Shown: piece after piece, positions 39,434 to 49,154 of the stretch | How positions within the stretch are numbered: position 1 is the stretch's first letter | Layout of the letters: each line of letters begins with the position of its first letter | NCBI GenBank assembly: GCA_031425235.1 | Contig: JANPIZ010000004.1 | Coordinates: forward strand, 66,251 to 130,250 | Source: Candidatus Nomurabacteria bacterium | GTDB taxonomy: Bacteria; Patescibacteriota; Minisyncoccia; Phycocordibacterales; UBA9973 | Direction of reading: 5' to 3' | DNA length: 64,000 nt | The notes under the pieces: generated by a model | What the model was told of the DNA's origin: nothing | Seen by the model: only the letters and a program-made list of their open reading frames with translations | The model's database searches: none | Position numbers and translations under genes: made by a program

Positions 39434-41113
39434 TTAATATATATCTTCTACTCTTAATCTTAACTCTTCTCTACCTCTAAATCTAGACAGGTCAAAAGTA
39501 GCGAGTAGATTTACATTTAATCCTTCAGCTAAAGGCTTTTTAAAAGATTCCGTATTGGAGAAGAAAGAAATTGCCACAACTTTGTAGTGCTTACTACTAT
39601 TTATGTCAGAAAAAATAATTTCCAAATGTTCCCCGGACCCATTTTTGCCGAACTTTTTCAATTTTTCTATTTTCACTCCCTCAAACAAAAAAACTGGTTT
39701 TTCATTAGCCAGACCAAAAGGTGACATTTTTTCTATCTCACGCCAATTTCTCATATTCACCATATCGAGTGTAGAGTGTATATCATACAATATTTCATTT
39801 TTGGTTTTTTCTTTTTTAATTTTATGAAAAGAATCAGATAAGGCTTCTTCTAAAAAATGAATTTTATCATGATGAACCGTAAAACCACCTGCGAGTTCGT
39901 GTCCACCATGTTCTAGAAATGACCCGGAAGTTGCCCCCATAAGTTCCACCACTGATACTGAGCCATTGCTTCGACACGAACCCTTTATACAGTCATTTTC
40001 ATCTTTTCCCCATACAAACACCGGTCGTTCGTGCTCGTCCATTATTTTACCTGCCACTAACCCCAAGACACCGACACGCCATTCTGGATTTCCCACCACT
40101 ATTACGGGAGACATTTCTTCTACATTTCTTTTTTCTAATTTCTTATTAACATCACGCATGATACCGGTGACAATAGTTTTTCTCTCGTCGTTTATTTTTG
40201 TCAGATGTTTGGCTAAGATATCAGCCTGAGCTTCATCTTCAGTAGACAAAAGTTCAAATGCTCGCATTGGATCGTCCATGCGGGATGCGGCATTCAGTCT
40301 CGGGGTCACCATAAAACCGATATCGTCTTCGGATATAGTTTTTTGATCTATTTTTATTTTTGCCAAAAGTTTTTGCAAGCCAGGCCTTCTCGATTTTCTA
40401 AAAACTTTCACCCCAAAGTATGCCAGCGCTCTATTTTCTCCGGTAAGTGGAACCATATCAGAGAGTGTCGCCAAGCCTGCCATGTCGAGCATCCATTTTT
40501 CTGCGCCTTTTGCTATATTAAATTTCTGATTTTCCGTACCATATTTCTTTATAAATCCTTGAGATAATTTAAATGCTACGCCCGCACCGCAAAGCATTTT
40601 TTCTGGGTATTCATCTACTTTTGGATTTAAAATTGCATAGGCACGAGGCAATACTTCGTGTGGTAAATGATGATCCGTAATTATGACATCAATACCGTCT
40701 ACTAATGCCTGTGCCACTTCTTCTACTGCAGTAATCCCTAAATCTACTGTAATAATTAATTTCACATTACTTTTTGCAAATATTTCTATCGCTTCTAAAT
40801 TTAATCCATACCCTTCACTATTTCTCTGGGGAATATATACTTTAAAATTCGTATACTTAACTAGTTTAAATAAGTCACATAAAATAACTGCTCCAGGGAT
40901 ACCATCGCAATCATAATCAGCATAGATTAATATTTTTTCATTTGCCTCAATGGCTTCAAATATTCTCACACACGCACGCTCCATGTCGCGCATTAAAAAT
41001 GGGTCATGCAGGTCCCTCTCGTAGTTTGGACTCAAGAAAATGTCAGCTTGTGTTTCATTCACAATTCCACGTTTTTCTAAAAGAATCCTTAATAATTCGC
41101 CATACTTTTGCAT
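39434..41113 (-). CDS. recJ: single-stranded-DNA-specific exonuclease RecJ
   Basis: DHH family motifs (YADYDCDGIPG, ITDHH), DHHA1 region GGHELAGG, C-terminal OB-like domain. Confidence 0.85.
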   Translation of the reverse strand: MQKYGELLRILLEKRGIVNETQADIFLSPNYERDLHDPFLMRDMERACVRIFEAIEANEKILIYADYDCDGIPGAVILCDLFKLVKYTNFKVYIPQRNSEGYGLNLEAIEIFAKSNVKLIITVDLGITAVEEVAQALVDGIDVIITDHHLPHEVLPRAYAILNPKVDEYPEKMLCGAGVAFKLSQGFIKKYGTENQKFNIAKGAEKWMLDMAGLATLSDMVPLTGENRALAYFGVKVFRKSRRPGLQKLLAKIKIDQKTISEDDIGFMVTPRLNAASRMDDPMRAFELLSTEDEAQADILAKHLTKINDERKTIVTGIMRDVNKKLEKRNVEEMSPVIVVGNPEWRVGVLGLVAGKIMDEHERPVFVWGKDENDCIKGSCRSNGSVSVVELMGATSGSFLEHGGHELAGGFTVHHDKIHFLEEALSDSFHKIKKEKTKNEILYDIHSTLDMVNMRNWREIEKMSPFGLANEKPVFLFEGVKIEKLKKFGKNGSGEHLEIIFSDINSSKHYKVVAISFFSNTESFKKPLAEGLNVNLLATFDLSRFRGREELRLRVEDIY

Positions 41114-41179
41114 CCCAGTAGTAAAATTTAAAATAATAATGCCTATCCTTATGTACCGTAATCAAAAATTTACTACGGG
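41114..41179. repeat. intergenic inverted-repeat element (family A) in divergent recJ/HIT promoter region
   Basis: cccagtagtaaaattt ...~38 nt... aaaaatttactacggg. Confidence 0.65.
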
Positions 41180-41224
41180 ACAGGTAAATTGAATTTTAAC
41201 ATATATAAGTTATAATCTATACAC

Positions 41225-41635
41225 ATGGATGATTGCGTATTTTGCAAAATAATAAAAGGAGAATTGCCAGCAAGTAAGATTTATGAAGACGACAAAGTCC
41301 TCGCTTTTCTGGATATTGAACCAGTAAATATTGGGCATGCATTAGTTATCCCAAAAGAGCATTATGTAAACATCTATGAAACCCCTGAAGGTATTTTATT
41401 GGATATGATCAAAGTTGTTAAAAAACTCTCAAGTGCAATCAAGGGCGCCTTGAACTCGGATGGTATAAATGTCACCATGAACAATGACCCTGCTGCTGGA
41501 CAAATTATCTTTCACTCCCATATACATATAATTCCTAGAATCACAGATGATGGATTTGGTACCTGGAAAGGCAAAAGACCATATGAAAAAAGCGAAAAAG
41601 ATGAAGTAGCCAGCAAAATTATCCGAGCGCTTTAA
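41225..41635 (+). CDS. HIT-family (histidine triad) hydrolase
   Basis: HSHIHIIPR histidine triad; 136 aa. Confidence 0.9.
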   Translation: MDDCVFCKIIKGELPASKIYEDDKVLAFLDIEPVNIGHALVIPKEHYVNIYETPEGILLDMIKVVKKLSSAIKGALNSDGINVTMNNDPAAGQIIFHSHIHIIPRITDDGFGTWKGKRPYEKSEKDEVASKIIRAL

Positions 41636-41638
41636 TTT

Positions 41639-42829
41639 ATGAGTACTCACAAAAATATAAGGCTGCTAACTTGGTTAAACTTTTGCATTGATTTTCGTAT
41701 TTATAATGCCATAGCCGCGATTTATTTTGCACAGGTTACTGGTTCATACGCACTAGGGCTTGGGATTTTTTCCATCCGAACGATTTCTTCTTCTGTGTTT
41801 GAATTACCAACAGGGGTTTTGTCTGATTTGGTAGGTAGGCGAATGACAGTAGTGCTAATGCAGGTGAGTAGCGTGCTTTCAATCATTTGTTATGCAATAG
41901 GTGGATCTTTTTTCTTTCTTGCAATAGGTGCTGCTTTAGGAGGGCTAGCTTCGGCGCTTTACAGTGGTAATAATTCCGCATTACTATACGATTCCTTGAA
42001 AGAAGAAGGGAAAGAAGAGCACTATAGTGAATATGAAGGAAAAACTAGTTCGATGTTTCAAATTGCCCTTGCCGTTTCAGCATTAATAGGAAGTATTACT
42101 TTAGGTTTTGAATCCTTTAAATTTCTTTTTTGGCTTTCTGTTATTCCGCAGGTTGTAGGGTTGGTCTTGGCTTTCAAGCTCGTTGAACCTAAACAACACT
42201 ACCAAGTTATCGATACTAATATTTTCAGTCACTTGAAAGAGGCCTTGAAAAAATTTAAAGAAAATGCAAGATTAAGATCTTTAAGTTTTATAAAAATTCT
42301 TGAATATGGAACTGGCGAAGCTGTGCATGAGTTCTCTCCTGTTTTCTTTGCTACGCTATGGCCGGCGTGGGCGATTGCTTTGGCAAGAGTTTTGAGCCAT
42401 CTTTTTGGAGCATTGGGGTATCGCATGTCGGGAAAAATGATTCAAAAATTTGGTGAGCTTCGAACTTTACTTTCCGTAAAAACTGCAAGTTTTTCTATCA
42501 GTACCATTATTATTGCTTTCCCCACTATACTTACCCCACTTATTAAAACATTAACATCTTTTAGTTTTGGAATTAGCTCTGTTGCCCAAAGTAGTTTGCT
42601 CCAAAAGGAGTTTTCTGATGAGCAAAGAGCTACTATGGGGTCCTTAAATTCATTGGCGGGTAGTTTGTTTTTCGGGTTAGGAGTTTTTGGACTGGGTCTT
42701 TTAGCGGACAGAATAGGTGTACAATATGCTATGTTAATAGTGCAGCTGTCATCAGTTTCCGTAATTATTTTATACTGGAAACTTTTTAAAAAATATAACG
42801 TAGTTAGTAAAACTATTGCAGCGCTTTAA
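41639..42829 (+). CDS. MFS-type transporter
   Basis: ~12 predicted TM helices, GRR-type loop motif (DLVGRRMT). Confidence 0.6.
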   Translation: MSTHKNIRLLTWLNFCIDFRIYNAIAAIYFAQVTGSYALGLGIFSIRTISSSVFELPTGVLSDLVGRRMTVVLMQVSSVLSIICYAIGGSFFFLAIGAALGGLASALYSGNNSALLYDSLKEEGKEEHYSEYEGKTSSMFQIALAVSALIGSITLGFESFKFLFWLSVIPQVVGLVLAFKLVEPKQHYQVIDTNIFSHLKEALKKFKENARLRSLSFIKILEYGTGEAVHEFSPVFFATLWPAWAIALARVLSHLFGALGYRMSGKMIQKFGELRTLLSVKTASFSISTIIIAFPTILTPLIKTLTSFSFGISSVAQSSLLQKEFSDEQRATMGSLNSLAGSLFFGLGVFGLGLLADRIGVQYAMLIVQLSSVSVIILYWKLFKKYNVVSKTIAAL

Positions 42830-43928
42830 TGCCAGGCAAGGTTCCACTCGACAAAAAATCTAACGTTGAACCACCACCAGTAGATACAAAAGAGAATTTT
42901 TTCTCTAATTTCATTTTTGATATCAATGCCACTGTGTCTCCACCGCCAATAACACTCTCACCTTTTCCTGCTGCGACAAGTTTCAATATTTTCTTTGTAG
43001 ACTCTGCTCCACCGTCTTCGTATTTACCAAGTGGACCATTCCATAATATTAGTTTTGAATTTTTTATTAATGGAGCTAGATTTTTCACTGTCTGTTCGCC
43101 TATATCTAAAATGTAATCATCGACGCTAACTTCCTCGATTCTTTTATTTAAAAAATATTTTCCAGATTTTACGACAACATCGACAGGTAAAATTATTTTC
43201 TTATTCTTCATGAGTTTTCTCAATGTTTCATTGTCGGTATCATCTACTAAGGATTTGCCCACTATATATCCTTCAGCCTTTAAAAAATCATTAGCAAGGG
43301 CTCCAGCAATAAACACATAATCCGCAAGCTTGAGGTATTTTTTAATAAGTGGCATTTTGGTCGAAAACTTTGCACCACCCAAGATAAATAAAAATGGATG
43401 TTTAGGTTTTAAAGCATGAGATAAATTTTTTACCTCTTCTTCAAGTTGAAATCCTGCATACGCTGGAAGTAATTTTGGTAAAAGTACAATTGAAGCATCT
43501 TTTCGATGATCGACAGAAAAAGCTTCGTTGACATACATGTCAGCAAGTTTCGCCAATTCTTTAGCAAACATTTTACTACATTCTTGTTCTCCTATATTGT
43601 TTCTCAAATTTTCGAGCAACACTATATCTCCATTTTTCATTTCAAAAACTGCTTGTGTGGCTTTGGGGCCCACAATTTCTTTGACAAATGTTGCTCTCAT
43701 ATATGTATTAAAAACTTTATACACAGGAAGCAAACTTTCTCCACCTTTTCCGAGGTGAGCAATGAGAACAATCTTCGCTCCTTTTTTTTGTAAAAATTGT
43801 ATTGTCGGTAATGCTTTTTGGATTCTAAAATCATCCAGAACTCGGCTATTTTTAATAGGTACATTAAAATCTACGCGCAATAAAACACGCTTCCCTTTTA
43901 AATTTTTTATTTGTTTGATGCTTCGCAT
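42813..43928 (-). CDS. pgk: phosphoglycerate kinase
   Basis: RVDFNVP...AHLG(K/R) N-terminal motif, hinge and C-terminal nucleotide-binding GGGDT region. Confidence 0.85.
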   Translation of the reverse strand: MRSIKQIKNLKGKRVLLRVDFNVPIKNSRVLDDFRIQKALPTIQFLQKKGAKIVLIAHLGKGGESLLPVYKVFNTYMRATFVKEIVGPKATQAVFEMKNGDIVLLENLRNNIGEQECSKMFAKELAKLADMYVNEAFSVDHRKDASIVLLPKLLPAYAGFQLEEEVKNLSHALKPKHPFLFILGGAKFSTKMPLIKKYLKLADYVFIAGALANDFLKAEGYIVGKSLVDDTDNETLRKLMKNKKIILPVDVVVKSGKYFLNKRIEEVSVDDYILDIGEQTVKNLAPLIKNSKLILWNGPLGKYEDGGAESTKKILKLVAAGKGESVIGGGDTVALISKMKLEKKFSFVSTGGGSTLDFLSSGTLPGIKALQ

Positions 43929-44671
43929 ATAGCTAGAATTGTTGTAAATTTTTTGGCGCTTAGACTCGCCTTACCCGGCAAAAGCCCGTCAATACCTCCG
44001 TGAACTAAAAACTCTCCTGCGTCTTTTTCGTTTACTGAACCACCATAGATAATTCTCGGCATATGTATCTTCGCTCCAAATTTATCTGCAAGTGTTTTTT
44101 TAATAAAAATACCCATTTCTTCTGAGTCTCTCGGCGTAGCGTCTCGCCTGCCAACAGTGCTTGAAATAGCCCACACGGGCTCGTAAGCAATAATAACTTT
44201 TGAAAGAGAATTTTTTGAAACTCCATTTAAGCATTCTTCGAGCTGCATTCTTACTACATTAAAATATTCATGGCTATGATCGCGGTCCTGCTCGCCCGCA
44301 CATAGTATTGGAATTAATCCAACAGAAAGTGCACCTTTTAATTTTTTATTGATTATTTCATTTGTCTCACCTAGAGCTCTTCGTTCCGAATGACCTAAAA
44401 TTACGTACCGTGCTCCAATATTGTACAGCATTTCCGCTGATACTTCCCCTGTAAAAGGTCCCGTATCCAGACCAAAAGAATCTTGTCCACCAAGAGATAT
44501 TTTTTTAGATAATTTTTTCAATTTTTCTATATATACAAAAGGTGCACAGATCACAACATCCGTTTTTTTGAGACGAGTTATCTTTTTTGCTACATCTTTA
44601 AATAATTTTTCTGCATCTTTTGACGATGCAGGGTTCATTTTCCAGTTTCCTATTATTATCTTCTTTTGCAT
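43907..44671 (-). CDS. tpiA: triosephosphate isomerase
   Basis: GNWKMN, AYEPVWAI, ILGHSERR motifs. Confidence 0.85.
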   Translation of the reverse strand: MQKKIIIGNWKMNPASSKDAEKLFKDVAKKITRLKKTDVVICAPFVYIEKLKKLSKKISLGGQDSFGLDTGPFTGEVSAEMLYNIGARYVILGHSERRALGETNEIINKKLKGALSVGLIPILCAGEQDRDHSHEYFNVVRMQLEECLNGVSKNSLSKVIIAYEPVWAISSTVGRRDATPRDSEEMGIFIKKTLADKFGAKIHMPRIIYGGSVNEKDAGEFLVHGGIDGLLPGKASLSAKKFTTILAICEASNK

Positions 44672-44690
44672 GACATCAGTATATCATATA

Positions 44691-46421
44691 TTATCTCACC
44701 TCTCTCCAAGACGTTATGCTCCATCCACCTGATGGGCCGTTGACAAAGTTGGCATTCGCCAAGCCACTATCATATATAACAGTGGCATTATTGCTTAGAT
44801 TAATGTATTTACCATTTAATGATTTTGCGCTCGCATTATTAGCTAGATTCACTGTGCCATTTGCTGCATATAAAATGACAGCTCCACCATTGTTTGACAG
44901 GGTTATAGCTGATGTAGAAGTCGATTTTGAAAGAACCATAAGATAGCTACCCGCAGATCCAGAGCCGTAAAATAACGCATTATTATTGATAGTAACAGTA
45001 CCGTCTACTATAATCACACCTTCAGAAGTACCATAACTTGAAGCAAGTCTCACTATGCCGTTATTACTAATAAAAAGATCACCGTGAACTAAAAGGGTTC
45101 CTGTCACCGTAAGCTCTGCGCCATTACTAACAGTTAGATTACCAGTTATTTCTTTTGGCCCTAGAGAAGAAGTTCCGCTTGCTGTATAGCTTCCAGAGTA
45201 TACTCCACCAGCGGATGCTTCTGTTTCCCAATCTAAAATGTTTTGATCAGATATAGGCATGGCAACTTGAGTTGGGTCGGCGAGTGTAGTGTTGCAGACT
45301 TTGTTATTTCCACTGCCAACTTGGCAATAGTTGATACCAGCTATAGTCGAATTCGTAACTGTGTGTGCGTATGAATTACCTACTCCGCCGGTCCCTACTG
45401 TTATACCATTTATTAACCCTGTTACTCCACCAAGGTATAGATTAAAAAAAGCGTCCAAACCTGCAGGGCTTGTGCTACTCCATGCACTGGCATATGCTCC
45501 GATTTTCCCGAGACCACTTGCATATCCAGCACTACTAGCACCAATAACATAGTATCTCGTTGAGTTTGTCGCTCCATCAACAACTATCCAATAAGTATTA
45601 CCTGATGTTAATTCAGGGTTGGTTGAAAACGGAACACTCACCCATCCATATGTAGTAGAAATAAGCGACGCTGATAATACTCCTGAAGCGATGGTGGTGG
45701 TTCCCGGGCTGCCACTTACGTCCGAAACAATTCGGACAGTTAGATTACCTGGGGTGCTTACTTTTCTTATATATAAATCTACTTTATTTACGGGGCCAGT
45801 CGCACTAACTTGAAAACTTTGGGCAAAATCTTGTGTAGCATTAGCATTTCCAAAAGTTACATTGTACGTAGGTACACCAGTGCCATGAGTCTGATCAGCT
45901 ACTAATGCGGCTGAGTTCGCTGATAGTGCCGTACCAGTAATTGATCCAGAACCATTAATGGGTCCATTCGAATACACACTACCATTCACCGCAGAACCAT
46001 TATTCATAGTGAAGCCACCTGTTCCAACCTGTACTCCATAACTAAAAGACACCCCTGTCCCTGTGTTTAGTATCATCTCAGTCTTTCTTTGCCTCGAAGA
46101 AACGTCACCGGTGGCGGAAATAGTTTTTTCATTATAACCAGAATCTGTAATGGTCGCAGTAGCAGAATTCCCCGCAAGAGTAATAGTATTTACAGCACCT
46201 AATGCCTTACCTGTTTTTAGGCGAAAATATGAATCTTCGACGACTGATTCTGAAAGAAAAAGACTCTGCCTCGACTGAACTAAGTTGTTTGCAACTTTAA
46301 ATTCACGAATTGAAGGTACAACAAGTCCAGAAATAATAGCAAGAGAGATGAAAAGGAAGAACACTACTGATATTATCATTGCCTGTCCACCATTTTTTTT
46401 GTATGTACGATAAGTAATCAT
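44691..46421 (-). CDS. large pilus-associated S/T/G-rich protein (hypothetical; possible minor pilin/adhesin)
   Basis: N-terminal hydrophobic helix (IISVVFFLFISLAIISGLV); immediately downstream of prepilin genes in the same strand block. Confidence 0.4.
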   Translation of the reverse strand: MITYRTYKKNGGQAMIISVVFFLFISLAIISGLVVPSIREFKVANNLVQSRQSLFLSESVVEDSYFRLKTGKALGAVNTITLAGNSATATITDSGYNEKTISATGDVSSRQRKTEMILNTGTGVSFSYGVQVGTGGFTMNNGSAVNGSVYSNGPINGSGSITGTALSANSAALVADQTHGTGVPTYNVTFGNANATQDFAQSFQVSATGPVNKVDLYIRKVSTPGNLTVRIVSDVSGSPGTTTIASGVLSASLISTTYGWVSVPFSTNPELTSGNTYWIVVDGATNSTRYYVIGASSAGYASGLGKIGAYASAWSSTSPAGLDAFFNLYLGGVTGLINGITVGTGGVGNSYAHTVTNSTIAGINYCQVGSGNNKVCNTTLADPTQVAMPISDQNILDWETEASAGGVYSGSYTASGTSSLGPKEITGNLTVSNGAELTVTGTLLVHGDLFISNNGIVRLASSYGTSEGVIIVDGTVTINNNALFYGSGSAGSYLMVLSKSTSTSAITLSNNGGAVILYAANGTVNLANNASAKSLNGKYINLSNNATVIYDSGLANANFVNGPSGGWSITSWREVR

Positions 46422-46428
46422 AAATTTT

Positions 46429-46932
46429 TTAGTAATAACTACCCCTTAAAACAACTGTACTATAGAAACTCTCGACGCGACTTGAGGCATCCTTAGTGCT
46501 CGTAACACTAATATATACTTTTACTGCCTTCCCGACCAAAGTATTAATTTGTGTAAACGACAAGCTTGTCACCTGTATCGTAGAACTATTTAAGTTTCCT
46601 ATAAGGATACCATTTTCAAAAATCTGCACATCGGATCCCGACAACAAAAACCGGATCGTTTTATTATTACCTGCCTCATCTTTAGTATTTAAAGTTACAT
46701 CACTTGAACTAATCGCATAAATATCGTAAGACTGCCTTATGTCTCTCGATATTCTTTCTATAATTGAGGAGCTCTGAACAAAGTCAGCTTGAATAGAAGT
46801 TGCTCTGAAAGATTTTGTCATAGAAATTAAAGCATTTACCACCACAAGAGCAACGACAACAAAAAGTGCTATATAAAAAATAGTTTCTATTAATGAAAAT
46901 CCACTATCTTTTTTTTGTGGTATGGCTTTCAT
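46429..46932 (-). CDS. type IV pilin-like protein (prepilin N-terminal motif)
   Basis: GFSLIETIFYIALFVVVALVV prepilin cleavage/methylation motif (G|FxxxE); start probably MKAIPQK. Confidence 0.65.
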   Translation of the reverse strand: MKAIPQKKDSGFSLIETIFYIALFVVVALVVVNALISMTKSFRATSIQADFVQSSSIIERISRDIRQSYDIYAISSSDVTLNTKDEAGNNKTIRFLLSGSDVQIFENGILIGNLNSSTIQVTSLSFTQINTLVGKAVKVYISVTSTKDASSRVESFYSTVVLRGSYY

Positions 46933-46934
46933 AG

Positions 46935-47423
46935 CTATGAAAATAAATCCGTTATGTAAAATTGTAAATTCTTTGAAATGGTTTGCCCGCCTTCGACCCA
47001 AGACACAGTGATTGTCACCAGTTTTGTTTGATTATCAACTACACCCGACGCAGCAAGGTTTTGACTTCCATCTCGATATGCTGAAGAAAATACAACTTTT
47101 CTAGTAAAGATATCTACAACGTTCGGTGTGCTAGATAAAATCCATGTGCCCCCGGTAAAAGTAAGATAATAGTTAGTATCAAGATTTAAACTAGAAATAT
47201 TAGACCAACCGTTGTCCCGCAAAATGCGAGTTGCCTCTGCACCCTCTTCTAGAAGCATTGCAGATTGGGATTGATGTACAGACTGTCGTGCAAGATAAAT
47301 AGATTTCTGGGTCACCAATGAAGCTGCGATAATAACTACAGTGACGATAGAAGTAGCAACAATTATTTCAACCATAAGAGAACCTTTTTGTTTGTTGCTT
47401 ATAAAATTAAATTTGTCTTGCAT
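46935..47423 (-). CDS. type IV pilin-like protein
   Basis: KGSLMVEIIVATSIVTVVII prepilin N-terminus. Confidence 0.65.
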   Translation of the reverse strand: MQDKFNFISNKQKGSLMVEIIVATSIVTVVIIAASLVTQKSIYLARQSVHQSQSAMLLEEGAEATRILRDNGWSNISSLNLDTNYYLTFTGGTWILSSTPNVVDIFTRKVVFSSAYRDGSQNLAASGVVDNQTKLVTITVSWVEGGQTISKNLQFYITDLFS

Positions 47424-47455
47424 GTTATTTTAATTTTACCACACTCTATCCTAAA

Positions 47456-47911
47456 TTAATTACTACTAATCGCCCCAGTAGCAGAAACAATAATCGTTTT
47501 GGATTGAGAGGCATTCGAAATAGTAATATTCCCAGTTTTGTTGGGTGTACCAGATAATTTATCAAAATAAAGATCAGTTGCCCCGCCAGTAAGATTAATA
47601 TTAGAAATATATGCTGGAGTAGAAATAAGCACGGTTTCATTAGTGCTATCAGATGCAGAATATGTTGACCCTTCAAACATCACTATCTTATTTGATTCAA
47701 AGTGTATCCCATACTCTAAAGAATTTACTGAGGAAAGAGTTTGTGATTTTGCTTTATCGAGCGTAGAAGAAATATCCGAAACAGCAGACTTGAGGACTTG
47801 ATTTTGTTTCATTTTCTCGAGAGACGGCACTGCAACTGCTAAAAGCATAGCCACGATAGCCACAACTATTATAATCTCGAGGGCAGAAAATCCTTTTTTG
47901 TGATGTTTCAT
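47456..47911 (-). CDS. type IV major pilin-like protein
   Basis: KKGFSALEIIIVVAIVAMLLAVAV canonical prepilin N-terminus. Confidence 0.75.
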   Translation of the reverse strand: MKHHKKGFSALEIIIVVAIVAMLLAVAVPSLEKMKQNQVLKSAVSDISSTLDKAKSQTLSSVNSLEYGIHFESNKIVMFEGSTYSASDSTNETVLISTPAYISNINLTGGATDLYFDKLSGTPNKTGNITISNASQSKTIIVSATGAISSN

Positions 47912-47918
47912 TTTAAAA

Positions 47919-49154
47919 TTAACCTATACTACCTAAAATTGAGTACAGCGGTGATATCATAGATATCGCAAAGAACCCAACACCGGCTCCAATAATAACC
48001 ATTAAAAATGGCTCAATAACAGTAGAAAGATTTTTTGTCTTACCTTCAATTTCCTCTTCGTAGAATAAAGCAATTTGGAGCAGCATATCTGAAAGTTTTC
48101 CTGTTTCCTCCCCGACTTGGATCATTTCTGACATCATAACAGGATACAAATGATTGTTGGCTTCAAATACTTCAGAAAAAGGAGCTCCTTTTTCAACCGC
48201 AACTTTTGCTTCGGTTAATACTTTTTTAAAATAAATGTTTTGGACCACATCTTCAGTAATCTCAATAGCTCGAGTGAGTGAAACACCCGAGAGGAGGAGT
48301 GACGACATACTGCGAGCAGTACGAGCAGTATTCAATTCTTTTGTTAAAGTACTAATAAGTGGAATTTTAATAAAAATAAAGTCGAGATATTTTGCCATAA
48401 ATTTCGCGCGAACGAGTGAATATGCACCGAAAGCGAGTCCACCCATTATCAAAAATGTGAGAATTAAGTTATTGGAAAAAAAGTTTCCAAACGCAATTAT
48501 GATCCGTGTCGAAATAGGCAACACTACCCCGAGCTCTTTGAACGTACTTGCAAGCGTCGGCACCACAAACGCAAACATGAGAACACCTATGACCACCATC
48601 GCGGACATGATCACCCCGGGGTAAATAAGAGCACCATGTATTTTTTTAGTTAAAGAATATGATTTTTCTAAATTGAGCGCAATTTCAGAAAGAGCGCCCG
48701 AGAGATTTCCGGATTCTTCGCCTGCGCGAGTCATCGACACAAAAAGTTTAGAGAAAACATTTGGGAATTTTTCCAAACTGGATGAAAACGTTTCCCCGGA
48801 ATCGATGTCATTTGCTATAGACGTCAGGGCTTTGTTTAAAGCTTTATTTTTAGTTTGCTTTTTTAATACAGACAACGCGCGAGCAAGTGACAAACCTGCG
48901 GTAAGCATACCGCTTAAATTTTTTGTGAAAATAATTTGATCAGCAACTTTTACTTTTGAAAAAAGATTGTCAAAAATTGCAATATTCGCAAAAGGATTAC
49001 TCTTTTTTTCGCTGATTGATATAGGAGTATCTCCCTTTTCCCGAAATTCGCGTGCTAAAGCAAGACGATCGGGAGCTTCTTGAGACCCTTCAAACATTTG
49101 CCCATTTTTTAGTTTTATTTTGTAAGAAAAAAGCATACAGTTATTCGGACACAA
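47919..49154 (-). CDS. pilC: type IV pilus assembly platform protein PilC (GspF family)
   Basis: Two T2SSF repeats, three TM segments, ~400 aa. Confidence 0.85.
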   Translation of the reverse strand: MCPNNCMLFSYKIKLKNGQMFEGSQEAPDRLALAREFREKGDTPISISEKKSNPFANIAIFDNLFSKVKVADQIIFTKNLSGMLTAGLSLARALSVLKKQTKNKALNKALTSIANDIDSGETFSSSLEKFPNVFSKLFVSMTRAGEESGNLSGALSEIALNLEKSYSLTKKIHGALIYPGVIMSAMVVIGVLMFAFVVPTLASTFKELGVVLPISTRIIIAFGNFFSNNLILTFLIMGGLAFGAYSLVRAKFMAKYLDFIFIKIPLISTLTKELNTARTARSMSSLLLSGVSLTRAIEITEDVVQNIYFKKVLTEAKVAVEKGAPFSEVFEANNHLYPVMMSEMIQVGEETGKLSDMLLQIALFYEEEIEGKTKNLSTVIEPFLMVIIGAGVGFFAISMISPLYSILGSIG